This document shows, piece after piece, positions 48,496-62,124 of a DNA stretch of 64,000 nt (positions within the stretch are counted from its first letter, which is position 1; each line of letters starts with the position of its first letter). The notes beneath the pieces were generated by a model that saw only the letters and a program-made list of their open reading frames with translations, was not told the DNA's origin and did no database searches. Source of the stretch: Antechinus flavipes (lineage: Eukaryota). The position numbers and the translations under genes are program-made. Location of the stretch: contig NC_067402.1 of assembly GCF_016432865.1 (NCBI RefSeq), forward strand, positions 33,108,001-33,172,000, in the 5' to 3' direction.

Positions 48496-49211
48496 CATAT
48501 ATAAATATATACATGCTATAATGTAGATATCATCAAATTATAGTGGAAAGAATATCTGGGGATGAGATCTATTGTCTAGCTTTTAGTCTTTGCTGTTAAT
48601 GAATATGTAACCTTAGTCTGGTCACTGTGAATGTGTTTTAAAAATAAAAAGTGCAAAAGAAAAGAAAAAGTGCTATGAAAAGATGAGCTATCATTACTAC
48701 TACTATTATTGATTCCCAACAGTGTAGATATTGATCTGCAAAAACTTGATAGAAAGATAGTGGTTGAGATATGCAGATTCTTTTTAGCATTTTTGCCTCT
48801 ACCTAAGTATGACATTTTATCAAAAGATGTTAAAAATTGCAAGGTATATTGTAGCATGTTTTCTTGAAGATATTAATCAGTTGCTATTTTGTTTTCAGTT
48901 AATAGACTGAATTATCAATTAAATCCTGATATCCTTTGGTCACAATCATTCAGATTCTGCCCAGTTTTGATAAAGATTTAGAGGGCTAGCTTAAGAGAGT
49001 ATTATGACTCTAGGAAGACAGATAAAGAGCTTCCAAAGTGATAATTAACATCCACCAGGTCATAGGAGTCATGTTGAGGGGGTCCAGGTTGTATTAAAGG
49101 GTAAAATTGTACTTGTTCAGAAAAAAAGAGAGCATTGTTATTTTTGGATTCAAGTCAACATGGGACAGAACAGTAAGGCCATTAAGGACAAAAGCTGATT
49201 CATCTTTATGT

Positions 49212-50662
49212 TTTGTTAAGTTTCTTATTTTCCAAACATTTGCATAGATAATTTTTAATATTCATCCTTGCAAAACCTTGTTTTGCAAATTTTTTCCCTC
49301 CCTTCTCCTCATCCCTTCCCCTAGATGGAAGTAAGCCAATATATGTTAAACATACGATTCCTCTATACACATTTCCACAATTATCGTGTTGACAAGAGAA
49401 ATCAGATCAAAATGGGGAAAAAATAATAAAGAAAACAAAATACAAGCAAACAACAACAAAAAAGAATGAAAATCCTATGTTGCGATCCACATTCAGTCCC
49501 CACAATCCTCTCTGAGTGCAGATGGCTCTGTTTATCACAAGACCACTGGAACTGGCCTGAATCATCTCACTGTTAAAAACAGCCACATTCATCAGAATAA
49601 ATCATCACATACTCTTGATGGTGCTGTGTACAATGCTCTCTTGGTTCTATCACTTCGTTCAACATCAGTTCATATAAGTCTCTCCAGGCCTCTCTGAAAT
49701 CATTCTGCTGGTCATTTCTTATACAACAATAATATTCCATAACATTCATATGCCATAACTTATTCAGCCATTCTCCAACTGATGGGCAGCCACTCAGTTT
49801 CCAGTTCCTTGAAACTACGAAAAGGGCTGCCACAAACATTGTTGCATTTTCATTCCTTTTATGATCTCTTTAGGATACAAACCCAGTAGAAACATTAATG
49901 GATCAAAGAGTATGCACAGTTTGATAGTCCTTTGGGCATAGTTCCAAATTGTTCTCTAGAATGGTTGAATCAGTTCATAACACTGCCAACAACAATGTAT
50001 CAGTGTCCCATTTTTCCCACATCCCCTCCAACATTTATCATTATCCTTTCCTGCCATCTTAAGCCAATCTGAGAGGTGTGCAGTGATACCTCAGAATTGG
50101 CTTAATTTGCATTTATCTGATCAATAATGATTTGGAGTACCTTTTCATATGACTAAAAATGGTTTCAATTTCTTCATCTGAAAATTGTCTGTTCCTATCC
50201 TTTGACCATTTATCAATTGGAGAATGGCTTGAATTCTTAAAAATTTGAGTCAATGCTCAAAATATTTTAGAAATGAAGCCTTTATCAGAACTTTTGGATG
50301 TAAAATTTTCTCCCAGTTTATTGCTTTCCTTCTATTCTTGTCTACATTGGTTTTGTTTGTACAAAACCTTTTTTAACTTAATATAATCAAAATTATCCAT
50401 TTTGCATTCCATAATACACTCTAGTTCTTCTTTGGACACAAATTCCTTCCTCTGAGATCAGTGTCACTCTTTATGTCTAAATCATGAACCCATTTTAACC
50501 TTATCTTGGTATACGGTGTTATGTGTGAGTCAGTGTCTAGTTTCTGCCATACTAATTTCCAATTTTCCCAGAAGTTTTTGTCAAATAGTGGGTTTCTGTC
50601 CCAAAAGCTGGGGTCTTTGGGTTTATCAAACACTAGATTACTATAGTCATTGACTATTGTGT
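49212..50662 (-). mobile_element. Older 5'-truncated L1 (ORF2 C-terminus and 3'UTR) inserted in an L2 tail
   Basis: ORFs 49573-49839 (MFVAALFVVSRNWKLSGCPSVGEWLNKLW) and 50421-50633 (FDKPKDPSFW..NPLFDKNFWENW) are ORF2. It aligns by eye with the 36.7-kb L1, with an internal deletion near 50455. Confidence 0.92.
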
Positions 50663-52329
50663 CTTTTCCTTTGTCTTTATAACTCTAGTGCTTGCACATG
50701 GTAGGTATATAATAAATGTTTTTTTTTTTGAAAGAATGAATGAATGAACCAGAGTTGACAAAAGGATAGAATGGTCCAGTTTCTGAAATAGGAATTCTAA
50801 GACTAGACAGAAAACACATAAGATGAGACAGAAATTTGTGGCCCTGATTCCAAAGCTAGGGGTGTTGGAACTAGAGTCAACCTAGAATTAAAAGCAATTT
50901 ATTGAATAGATTTCCAGTAGACAAGTTATTGTCATGGATCCCTGTTATCAGATAACATATCCACACCTCAGTCGCTGATCTTCTTGGTCTCCCTTGGTTC
51001 TGTCTCCAATCAATCCATATCTAAAGGGATGATTTGGCATAATTCTACTGAATATAACTCCATAAACATTTAGTACCTATTTATTATGTGCTAATAATAC
51101 AAAGATGAAAAACAGCCCAAGTTGTACATAATAAATTTGTAGTCTCATGTGTAATCATCTTTTTAAAACATTTTCCCATATGAAAATGGTTATTTTATTT
51201 AATAAATGGAAAATAAAATAAATAAAATGTTTAAGAGAGCATATTCTAATGAGGAGAGGGAGTGGTAAAGAATAGAGAGAAAAAACTGCAACATCTACAT
51301 AAATTGCCATTCCAAGTTAAAAATTGAAGTTCAGGGGGAAAGTCACTGGCATATGTGATCCAAGGAAGAAGGGTTAATATGTTCTTGAAAATCTGGTATA
51401 GTTTTTTGACTTAGAATATAATTTAATACACAGAATTCTTATTTCCACTCACTAGCATTAATCTGTATACAAGGTCCATCTTTTTGTGTCTCTCCACAGC
51501 AGAATTATTGATTCACGCTAACTCACTTAGCTTAGAAATGCAGAGCCCATGACTAAACAAACACAACATAAGGCCTTTGAGTGACTACATATTGCCATTT
51601 ACAAGGCTGAAATGAAATGAAATTGAAAAGCCTCAATTTAATCCATTTATTTGTCACTTTTTTAATACACTAAAGTTCTGAAGTCCTCTTTTGAGACCTG
51701 TCCAACCTTAATGCTACCTGCAGCTATCTTGAAACTGTTTGGACTCATAGTCTGTTACTCACAAAGCCGTAATTTCCATCTAAATCTTGACAAATCAGAC
51801 CCACAAATATACATAATAAACGGAAAGGATATTGATTTAAAACAAAATGCAAATAATAGAGGGTTAATTTGAGTAGAAATCACTCTCACTACTTGCTGCT
51901 TCAAATGACCTTCTCCAACACCTCTTGTCACAGAGAGGAGAGATTCCACTGGCTCCTGATCTTATGTGTTTCCTCAGTATATCACAGAGTATAATGATTT
52001 TTCCCACTGAACACATTTCAAAATCTATTGCCTTGACACAGAATCCTTTGTGCTCACACTGACCATCTAGGGACAGGTCATATTCAGAATCCTCTCTCAA
52101 ACCCAAATCTCTCTCTTCCCAATAATAATAAACCTTATGGTCTTCCAGAGAGGTCCCTTAAAGTCCAAATATAAATGCTACCCTATTATGGTATATCTTT
52201 TCCCACTCCATCCTATTTCCATAATAACAAAACAAAATAACAAAATTCTATACTAGTAAGAATGTTGAAGTCTTTAAGAAAAAAAAGATAGAATTTAGGT
52301 TAAGGGCTATCTCATTATTGATTAGCTGT

Positions 52330-53260
52330 GAAGTTAGGCACCAAAAAAAATCATTTTGTCAACAAATATTATCAGGTGCTTACTTAAACATGGAGGATGC
52401 AAAGAAAAACAGAAATAGTTCTCTAATCAAGAAACTTCTATTCCACTGGAGGACACAACACAAGCACAAACTGGTAGAAATAAGATGTACACAGAGAAGA
52501 GGAAAGGTAACCTGAGAAAGAAAGGTTGTGGCAAGTGGGGAATGAGGAAGGTGTTTATATCAGGGAGCTCTTGAGCTAAGTCTTAAAGGAAACTATGGAT
52601 TCTCTGAGGAAAAGATGAGAAGAGAAAGCGTTCTAGATATAATAGTTATGATGCAAGCATTATGGGAAGAACAGGAAGTAGACCAGTACAACTTGACCAT
52701 AGACCATGAGGAAGAAGCTGATATATAAGAAGACTGAGAAAAAAAAATGGAAAGAGAAAAGAAACATATAATAATCACAACAACCCTGGGAGGTAGCTAC
52801 TATTACTATTCCATTTTAGGTTTGAGAAAACTGAAACTAGACAAACAACGGTTAAGGGATTTACCCAGAGTCAAGACCTAAGTTATAAAGATATTACGTA
52901 ACAAAAGTCTTAATGTTTGATCCTAGAGTTAATAGTGAGCCAGTGAAATTTATTGAGGAGAGAAGGTTAACATGTTTTTTTTTTTTTTTTTTGGAGGGGG
53001 GAGGGAACAACTTGGAGATTTCTAAAAGATGAGTAACATCCAGTATATTGCTTGGCTTATAACAGATGCTTAATAAATGCTATTTTACTGACGACCTGGA
53101 TTGTATTGAGGAGTGACTTATGGCAAAGAATCCAATTAAAGGCTAGTGTGATAATACAAGTCAGAGAGGAGCATGTCTGTCAGATGTGTTTAGAAAAAAA
53201 GAAATGACACAATTTGACCACTGGCTGACTGTGAGGATGCAAAGATGATTCTGGTCGACC
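52330..53260 (-). mobile_element. L2 remnant with an internal MIR piece (~52780-52880)
   Basis: ttatcaggtgcttacttaaac…gagctaagtcttaaagg…gaatccaattaaaggctagtgtgataatac. Confidence 0.7.
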
Positions 53261-54379
53261 GAAATAATAGTCATATTCTCAAGAGTCATCCTTCTTTAAT
53301 AGCTACAATTCAGGGAGTTGCATGCATCTAATTAATAAAGGAATCAGATCAGGTACCTATCGTATCCAGCAAGGATTTCTTGCAATGGCCATAACAGATT
53401 TCTTGTATTTATTTATATTGGTATTTAAGCCACACTGTTGACAAAACCAAAAGGCTAACTTTCATAGATACTTGACTTCATCAGAGTTCTAGATCTGAAG
53501 GGGAAAAAAATCTTTTTAAACATTTCCAGAATCATTCCATTGCCTCCAATATTATCCTAGTAGTGACTGGAAAACTTGAGACTGGTAATGGGAGTAGAGT
53601 AGCCAGTTAACTTTCTGATTAGACTTCATTTTGCCACCTTCAGTCTATTTGGCTTTGATGCTGAATTTATTCAAGCTAAAAATAATTCTGATCCCAGGAA
53701 GGAGCAAAAGACCCAGAGTCCAGGAGAGTCAAAGAACCAGGAAAAGATCTGGATGGATGAGGAAGGAGGTGATGTTAGATGAACACATTGTGAAAAGGTT
53801 GAGTTACAACATTACATGACTGTATTTTGAAATTAATAAAGGCAAATGAGGGTGGAGACCAATAATACGCTATAATTGGAACATTAGATTTTTAATCTGG
53901 CTATATATTTCAGCAGAAAGAGATTAAGGGATAGAGAAGCCTTAGATCAGGTTGCTAAGCAATAGAAATACAACATGGATAATGGTTATACATACATCAA
54001 ATCAATATAAAGCTATAGCCTGTCAAATCTTTTAACAACAATATGTTATAATAGAAGCATTATGAATGATGAAACGATCAACAATAGTGTAGATGAGAAT
54101 TTTTTTTCTACTGTTAATCAGAATTTTTTTAAAAAAAACACAACTAATAGAAAATTCATTGTCCTGTCTCCTAGGAATGCCCATGGGTCTACATTGAGTG
54201 ACTTTATGATTTATTTGCTGATTGGATAGCAAGTACTATATGCAACCAATCACTGATGCTCATTAAAAAGCCTTTTCAGCTCCATTCCAAGCAAGTAAAA
54301 CTTTGAATCCTGGACAAGGTGACATGAGCTAAGATCCAGAGCATTTTTCTATCCAGGAAGCTTTTATATCAAAGTTTAT

Positions 54380-54675
54380 GAAAGGGAGGAAATAAAAAGG
54401 AAGGTGAAGGAAGATAGAAATGAGAAAGAAAGACCAAAAGAGAGTAAGATAGAAAGGAAAGGACCAAGGAAGGAATAAAGGAAGAAAAGGAAAGAAAGAA
54501 GAAAGGGATAAAGGAAGGAAAGGAGGGAAGGATGCAGGGAGGAAGGAAGGGAGAGAGGGAGGAAAGGAGGGGGAAGGGGAGAGAGAAGCGAAGGAAGGAA
54601 GGAGCAAATAAGAGAAAAACAAGTAAAGCAAGAAAGGGAGGGAAAATGGTGGGGAGGGAGAGAAAGACAGGAAAG

Positions 54676-54748
<73 letters not shown>
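54380..54748. repeat. Purine-rich low-complexity tract followed by (AC)7 and (GA)29
   Basis: GGAA/GAAA-rich 54380-54675; AC 54676-54689; GA 54691-54748. Confidence 0.95.
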
Positions 54749-54751
<3 letters not shown>

Positions 54752-55297
54752 ATTAAATAATCACTTTTCTATATTCTAGGCTTTGCCTTATCCCCCTTCT
54801 GGGATTTAGCAACAACAGGCAAATCTCTCCAGTTGAGATGTTGGAATCCACTAAGAAAAGCTGAGTGGGCACAAACATCGGCCTCCTACTTCATGACAAT
54901 CTTTGGATACCTGCTGAATTGTTCCCTCCAAGCTTCCTCACTGCACTTTGCATCTCTGTGGCCACATCCCCTAAACGACTCTTTCATGAAGCCAACTAGG
55001 CAAAGGCTCCCAGGAGTCATGTCATCTCTTTATAATGCCATGGCCAGGAGAGAGGAAAATAATCTAACAATATTTAACTGGATGCCTTGTCTAATTTATC
55101 AATGATTGTAAGGTCCTTATCATTGACTGTAAAGTTGAAATGCTCACTGAAATAAGAATCTGATTAGATAGGAAAGCTATGATCACCCTGTAGCCTCCAA
55201 TGGAATTGATTCAAACTTTTGCTATGGAATATTTAGAATTCCTTTCCTATTGATATATCTCAATTTCTAATTGCAATGCTCATCTGGTCACTGTTTT

Positions 55298-55445
55298 TGT
55301 TTATTTGTTTTTGTTTTGCTGAGGTAATTGGGGTTAAGTGACTTGCCCAGGGTCACTAGGAAGTGTTAATTGTCTGAGATAAGATTTGAACTCAGATCCT
55401 CTGACTTCAAGGCTGGTGCTCTATCCACTGCACCACCTATCTCCC
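55298..55445 (-). mobile_element. WSINE1-type SINE
   Basis: Same consensus on the minus strand. Degenerate TSD CTGGTCACTGTTTT (55284-55297) and CTGATCATTGTTTT (55446-55459). Confidence 0.9.
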
Positions 55446-56802
55446 CTGATCATTGTTTTCAAAACAAGGTCTTATCAAGGAAATGAAAAGAATCAAATAT
55501 CCTTAAGGGATCCCTTTCAGAATTCTCATCTGGGATCTATTTCAAGGAGTCATTTACCTAAGATCAGTATATACAGAACCTCTTCTATTAGGGACAGTAA
55601 TGGGAAGAGGTCCCAAGACTTATCTATGTAAAAAGTATATACATAAATAACAATTCATTGATTAGTCAGGAGTAAATTCTAGGTCTTTCTTCCTTAGAAT
55701 CTTTGTGGAGAGGATGAGAAAAGGCTGTCTGTCTCTGGCTAATCTGGATAAAAAGTAACTTGGTACAGTGGAAAGAACATTTTCTCTTGTAAATAGCAAA
55801 TTTAGGTTTGGATGCCAGAACTTCCCCTTACTGTGTGACTTGAGACAATTGTAGGCCTCATGGCCTACAGTTTCCTTAATTGTAAAATGATATTAAGTAC
55901 CTACTATGTGCCAATACTGTGAATATGTAAATACTGGAAGGTGCTTCAGGGATTATCTGATCCAATCCAGATCAAAGGAGACCCAAGTCTGCTGCTTATT
56001 ACCATATGATGCTAGTTAAGTCACTCTGGACTCAATTTATTTATTTATAAAATAGAGTGAGAAATGGGGGGAGAGATTCTGAAGTGAATAACCTTTGAGG
56101 ACTCACTAATTTCATCTTCCGTGGCCTTATAATTCTTCAAAGCACCAGGCACAAAGTGCTCTATTACTGGGCTGCCAATTCATATTTGTTGAATGAATTA
56201 ATGACTATATATATTGCATAGAGGATTTTAGGTAGAGATGAGAAACATACTATAAGTCAAAAGATCAAGAAGCATTCATTAAGGCTAAACAAGTTAACAG
56301 ATCCCAGATTAAGAATTCTGGGTTTAATCTGTGATTGAACAGATAAAGGAAATATCTTATGACTCTCCCCTCCAATAACAGCAAGTCATGTGACTGTAAC
56401 ATATAGTCTCAGAGAGAGTTTGAGGCAATGAGAAGTTAAATGATTTATTCTCAGCCACAACCAGTGATAATCAGGAGAGACATCTGAATTCAGCTCTTTC
56501 CTCACTCCACGGCCAAACTACCGTGATGTTTCCCTATTCAGAAGCAAAATACAAAAGCCTTGGTGCAGTTTCAAGGTATTAATGCTTAAAACTGTACTAA
56601 GACTTTTGGGACACACTGTATATGCACCTCTGTGAGAATTGGTCTTATTTGGTCCGGCAGATGAGCCTGTATTTACAAAAACTCGGCCCAAAGTGTGCAA
56701 GCTCTTTTATGAACTACAACACTGGAAAAGCTAAATGTGTAAGCCAAGTCACTGACTGACTGTAAGTTTAATTTAGGTTGGGGAGGATTACCATCAAGTA
56801 AG

Positions 56803-57020
56803 CCATGAAGTCAGAAAGACTCATCTTCCTAAGTTCAAATCTGACTTTAGGTGCACAATAATTTGGTGGCCCTGGTCAAGTCTTTGTACCCAGCTTGCCT
56901 CCATTTTCTCATCTGTAAAATGAGCTGAAGAAGAAGAAAATGGCAAACCATTCCAGTATCTCTTACAAGAAAACTCTAAACGGTATTGCAAAGAGTCACA
57001 CATGACTAAAATGACTGAAG
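56803..57020 (+). mobile_element. MAR1-type SINE
   Basis: gttcaaatctgac…ctcatctgtaaaatgagctg…aatggcaaaccattccagtatc…gagtcacacatgact. Confidence 0.82.
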
Positions 57021-57904
57021 TAGTAACTCCAATTAAGTAGAAGGAATAATAGAAATAAGATTATATTGGAGAAATTAGGGTGGACCTGTAAACTATATTG
57101 GGCTAATGTTAAAGACTGGGGTTTTTTACATAAACATTATCCCAGATACTCTAGATAGTTGTAAATATTGGAGTGCCGGGGTTTCCACAGATAATTCAAA
57201 GATCTAGGAGGCCTCTCAGAAGTCACTTGGTCCAATCCGCTCATTGTATATTATGAGAAATTGAAGTCCAGAATGGTTTATGAATTTAATGGGGATTCAA
57301 AAATAATAATAAATGGAAGAGTCAGGTTCCAAATTCAATGTGTTGTCCCCTGCTCCATGCTATAGAGATGCATGGTGGGTACATCTGATGATATGTTCAA
57401 GAAATAGCATAAGGAATATCGTGAAGGATATATATGACTAGAAAAGAAAGGAGGCACTTATCTGGTAAGAGGAGGAGGAAGACAGCAGCAGAACAGCCTA
57501 AATGTTCCATTTGTATACACAAAAATGTCTCAAAAACTAAATTTAAGTTAGAGAAACCATGCACTGTGTTGAAGGCACTTTGAGGGGACTTTTCTGTGGA
57601 ATATTTATGGGAGAAGAAGGGCAAGAATTACAAAGCAGGAGAAAGCCAGGATGCATTGCTATATGTACCAAGGGAGAGAATATTCACTTGGGAGATATAT
57701 TCAATAGAGAACAGTTTATATTCAAATATTTAAGCAAATTTTAAAAACTTTCTCCTAAATATAGAAGTTCAGTGATCTAGGTCAGCAGAAAGAATGCCCA
57801 CACTGAGAAGATCTTTGGAGTAATGAACGATGGCCTTGATGATGGAACAAAATTATTCCAATGGACCTCAACTTTGGCATTTAAAGACTTTCATGATCTG
57901 CCTC

Positions 57905-58185
57905 TAGCCCCCAATCATTTAAACTGTGGCTTGCAATCCCATATGGGTCCCATAACTAAATGTATAGGTCATGAAATTATAGTTTATTATCAGTAAATGT
58001 TTAATTTGTAGACCTCTTTTATATACCTATATACACAGAGACAAATAAAAATTTCTTGGGTTTATTATCAGTAAATTTTTAATTGGTAGACCTATTTTAT
58101 ATACCTATATACACAGAGACATATAAAAATTTCTTGGGTGAAAAGGGGCTGCAAGTGGAAAAAAATTTAAGAAGTCTTGCTCTAG
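57905..58185. mobile_element. hAT/Charlie-type MITE carrying an internal 78-bp tandem duplication
   Basis: Begins ctctagcc…aaactgtggcttgcaatcccat and ends …ggaaaaaatttaagaagtcttgctctag; CTCTAG at both ends is the Charlie target preference. Confidence 0.6.
57982..58138. repeat. Tandem duplication, 78-bp unit
   Basis: gtttattatcagtaaat…atacacagagac…aaatttcttgg starts at 57982 and 58060, with a few mismatches. Confidence 0.95.
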
Positions 58186-58189
58186 CCTT

Positions 58190-58580
58190 TCTTTCCAGGC
58201 TGATAACACATCACTTCTGTCTTTGTATTCTCACCAAATTGGTCCACATGCTGCCTCCTGTACATTATATTCCAACTGTCTCCATGCCCTAGCACAGGCT
58301 GTCTACCATACTTGGAAAGCTTTCTTAGAATCACTATCTTCCTTTAAGGCTCAGTTCAAATGTCATTTGTTGTGTGAAATCTGTCCAGAGCCCCTTGATT
58401 TCCAGCATCCTCTTCCCCCCTACCCCGAAATAATTTGTATTTGTTTACCTTTATAGGTGATTCCTGTTTCCAGTAAAATATAAGCTCCTTGAGGGCAAGA
58501 ACATCTTTGATTTGTCTTTGTGGCCCCAGCACTTAGTAGAGTGTTTATTCATCAAATAAACTCTTGTCAAATGCTTGTTT
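58190..58580 (+). mobile_element. L2 3' region
   Basis: aaggctcagttcaaatgtc…taaaatataagctccttgagggcaag…ccccagcacttag. Confidence 0.78.
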
Positions 58581-60089
58581 AACTAATTAATTTGGTCTCT
58601 TTTGTATCATGCTTTAATTAATCAAGTTATACATTACTGCTATATTGATGATACTGTTGGGTCCCATTACTTGTCTGAGAATAGTGAGAATCCAAAGTTG
58701 AGCATCTCATGATCAACTTCACTGAGTCAGTCAGTTAGTCAGTCAATATGAAGTGTTTAAGTTGAGCCAGGCACTATGCAAAATATTGGGGATGGCAAAG
58801 AGCAGTGTTCACACTCCAGCAAATTTCAAAATCCTACCCAGATTCTTCATATAAACACAGGTGTTTTGAGGTTATTATCTGATGCAGAATTAATATGTTT
58901 TTTAAATATCCTCTCCTGTTTCCATCACCTCCATCACCCTTGAGACAGTAAGATCTTTCCTCTGACATTTTAAAGCATTAAAAGTGCTCTAGGGCTGAAG
59001 AAAAGATTCTTCATACAATCCTTGACAAGTTTAGTTGTCAAGGAGATGGAGACCTTAGCAACCAGGTAAGAAGGCCTACCAGACTATGCACATGATTGCA
59101 AAGAGAGAGAGTTGAGAATTCCAGGTATGCCTGGAGGCAAAATTCTTTGGTTTTACTAGGACATCGTGTGGCTGGGTTTCTCTTCTGCCATGCAATTAAA
59201 GAGGAATCCAAACTTGTCCTTCTACCTTCCGAGAAAAGCACCCTTAAAGCCACACAGGCCAATGATGGATGATGGCCTTCATAAATCATCAGACAGTGGG
59301 GCATTCTGGAAATGGCATTCACAGAAGTCCAACTTTCCAGGCAAGAAGAGGTCCAAGAGCAGATTGGCTATAAATGTGATTCTTAGCCATTTGGAAATCA
59401 TCAGTAGCCATGAAAAGATGGGAGAAAATGGAGGGGTGAAGGGTAGAAAAAAAAAGGGAAAAGAAACAGTGATTATTTTAAGCCAAATTTCATTTGCAAA
59501 TTATAAGTATCATTTTTCTGGTCCACTTTCATCCTCAAGGAAGGATCATCAGTCAAAGAATCTGTCAGAGTCCACCAAAGCTCGGGCAATTCCCCAGAAC
59601 TAACCATAAAAAGGCAATTAGCTTTAAATTTTCCTTTTTGGCATTAAGGCAACGGGAAGAGGGAAATGTGCAGGAACTGACAACGAATGCACTATCAGGG
59701 AACCCTTTCAATTAGCTTAACATTTATACATACTTTAATAATTAATACATGATGAATAAAAATTGCTCTTTTATCCAATGGGCTCTAGCATGTTGCATCG
59801 AAGTGGATATAAATAATTTTGTATGCTACAGTATAGAAACCTTGTAACAGGTTGCCGCCCTATCATCTATTAACCCTTTCATTGAATCTTTTGTTTTGTA
59901 CATATCACAATGTCTCAAAATGTTTTGAGTACAAAAACCAATTCATCTAAGTCTGTCTGCAAATTTGTCAATAAAGCACTCATTACTTTGAATATGGGGG
60001 AAAGAGGGAAGCTTAAAAAATAAATAAAGGAAGAATGAAGGAGATTTCACCTTCCAGTCACTAGCCTGAATACAATAACAATGACAGAG

Positions 60090-60224
60090 NNNNNNNNNNN
60101 NNNNNNNNNNNNNNNNNNNNNNNNNNNNNNNNNNNNNNNNNNNNNNNNNNNNNNNNNNNNNNNNNNNNNNNNNNNNNNNNNNNNNNNNNNNNNNNNNNNN
60201 NNNNNNNNNNNNNNNNNNNNNNNN
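60090..60224. other. Assembly gap (N)
   Basis: Run of N. Confidence 1.
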
Positions 60225-60382
60225 TAAATATATTTGTGTATATGTATATATGTGTGTGATATGTGTATATATACACATAAATATATTTGTGTTTATATAC
60301 ATGCATAAACATTTGTGTATATGTATATTTATATGTGTGTATGAGCTATGTGTATGTATATACACATACATACATATATACA
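60225..60382. repeat. Degenerate TA/TG low-complexity tract abutting an N gap
   Basis: Read directly. Confidence 0.9.
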
Positions 60383-60384
60383 TA

Positions 60385-60635
60385 TGAGGCAGCTAAGTGG
60401 AACAGTAAATAGAGTGCCAGGGCTGGAGGCAAAAAAACTCATAGTGAGTTCAAATCCAACCACAGACAATTACAAGATATATGACCCTATGCAAGTCATA
60501 TAACCCTGTTTCCCTCAGTTTCCTCAGTTGTAAAATGAACTGAAATAAGAAATAAACCATTCACTATCTTTGTCAAGAAAATCCAAAAAGGGTCATAAAG
60601 AGTCTGAAAAAAAAAATAACAGCAAGAACAACAAA
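60385..60635 (+). mobile_element. MAR1-type SINE
   Basis: gaggcagctaagtgg…gagttcaaatcc…ctcagtttcctcagttgtaaaatgaac…gggtcataaagagtc. Confidence 0.82.
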
Positions 60636-60659
60636 CAAATAAATATAGCACTTTAGAGA

Positions 60660-60860
60660 GGTATCATAGTATATTAGATAGAAAACCAAAACAGGAGTAA
60701 AGAAAACATGTCTTCCCATGATTCCTCTGACACACACTAGCTATAAAACCCTGAGCAAATTATTTAACCTCTCAGAGGTCGGGAGCTACTCTCTAAGACT
60801 TTTAATTGATGACCTAGTTGCTGATCTGCATTTGTAGTGGCTATTTCCTCACTAGGATAC
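60660..60860 (+). mobile_element. Same marsupial SINE family as 23715-23925
   Basis: ctctgacacacactagct…ttaacctctcag…ctactctctaagact…gttgctgatctgcatt. Confidence 0.65.
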
Positions 60861-61310
60861 AGAACAAGCTAGAAATATTTCTTTAAGTTTTACATTTTTG
60901 ATTGTCTCATTTGATTTGCACAACAACCCTGAATTAAATGCTCATTTTACAGATAAAAACCCCAAGGTTGCACAGGGATGTTAAGCAACTTGGCTAGAGG
61001 CACACAGTAAATATCTGCAGTAGAATTCAAACCCATTTTTTGCTAATTGCAAATCCAATATACTAGTCACTAAGTCAATCTACTGGGTTTAGGGAGGGGA
61101 AGTGGTGAGTATCTCATTGAACTAGGCATAATGTCCATGTGAGATAAAAAAATAATAGCTAGTGTTGTCTCCATTTTCCAGATGAGGAAAAGCACCAGAG
61201 TTGAGAATAAATGAGTAGCTTGCCTATCATCAAACAGAGAGCTACTTTTGAAGGACAGATTCCAATCTAGGTTTTCTCCTAATTTTAAGTCCAATATACT
61301 TTTTACTGTC
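60860..61310 (-). mobile_element. Two adjacent MIR remnants
   Basis: cacaacaaccctg…ctcattttacagat; ctccattttccagatgaggaaaagc. Confidence 0.65.
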
Positions 61311-62124
61311 CGTGGCATACCAAACAAACATCCAGGAAACCTTCCTTTTAAGGAAATTTTCAGTTCCATTGCTAGGATTCAGTCCACAAATCTGAAGAGC
61401 ACAAATTGAATATTTTTTTTTAGATTAGAAACATACTTAAAGAGACTCTCCATAATTCTTGATCAAGGGTTTTTCTTTTTTTCTTTTTTTTTTAACTTTA
61501 TTCTCAAAATTGCAAAATGGTGGTTCTTATTCAGAGGAAGAAAACCTGCTTGAATCATTGACAAAAATCTTACAACTCATTTGTTTCTCCTTCACTTGGA
61601 TGAGTTGCACTGATTTTGATTAAAGAGTTTCACTAATGGCAAGGTGGCTGGAGGGAAAATGAATACAACCTCGACTTGGGCTTCTAAGGCAGAATTAGGA
61701 GCCTTGACCCTAATAAGTCAACTGGTCTACCCTGACTGATCCTATTTGTTGGTGGTTCCAAAAGAGATGATGGGTGGATGGTCATATTATCCTTTTTTGT
61801 TTTCCCTGAAGGGATTCCATTCTGATTCCACTGAGTAATTGTACTCCCCCTCTTTATATACTTCCACTTAACTAAATTACTAATGTTTCAGACACTGGAG
61901 AATCCCACAGTTTGTGAATAAAAAGCAAACATCTTTCACCTAAAGAGAAGGCAATACACTTGTCTCCCCTGTTCCTCTCCCCCCTTTTTCCAGTCCTTAT
62001 GGTTCAACAAGGATTTCTTAAATATGTACTATGTCTCTTGCCATATGCTGGGATCTGAGACAAAACTGAAACAATCTCTGCCCTCAATGGACTTATATTC
62101 TACTAGTGAAAGGCAGGTTAGCAA

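Noticed and set aside
51847-51854. Isolated octamer ATGCAAAT
   Set aside because: A single AT-rich 8-mer with no supporting context; expected by chance.
54329-54756. Several 74-118 aa ORFs (F/L/P/S-rich or R/E-rich)
   Set aside because: Artefacts of the purine tract and (GA)n repeat, which lack stop codons.
59166-59603. 145-aa + strand ORF
   Set aside because: No recognisable domain, runs through an A-rich low-complexity patch, and starts at a non-ATG codon. Length is within chance expectation for six frames of 64 kb.
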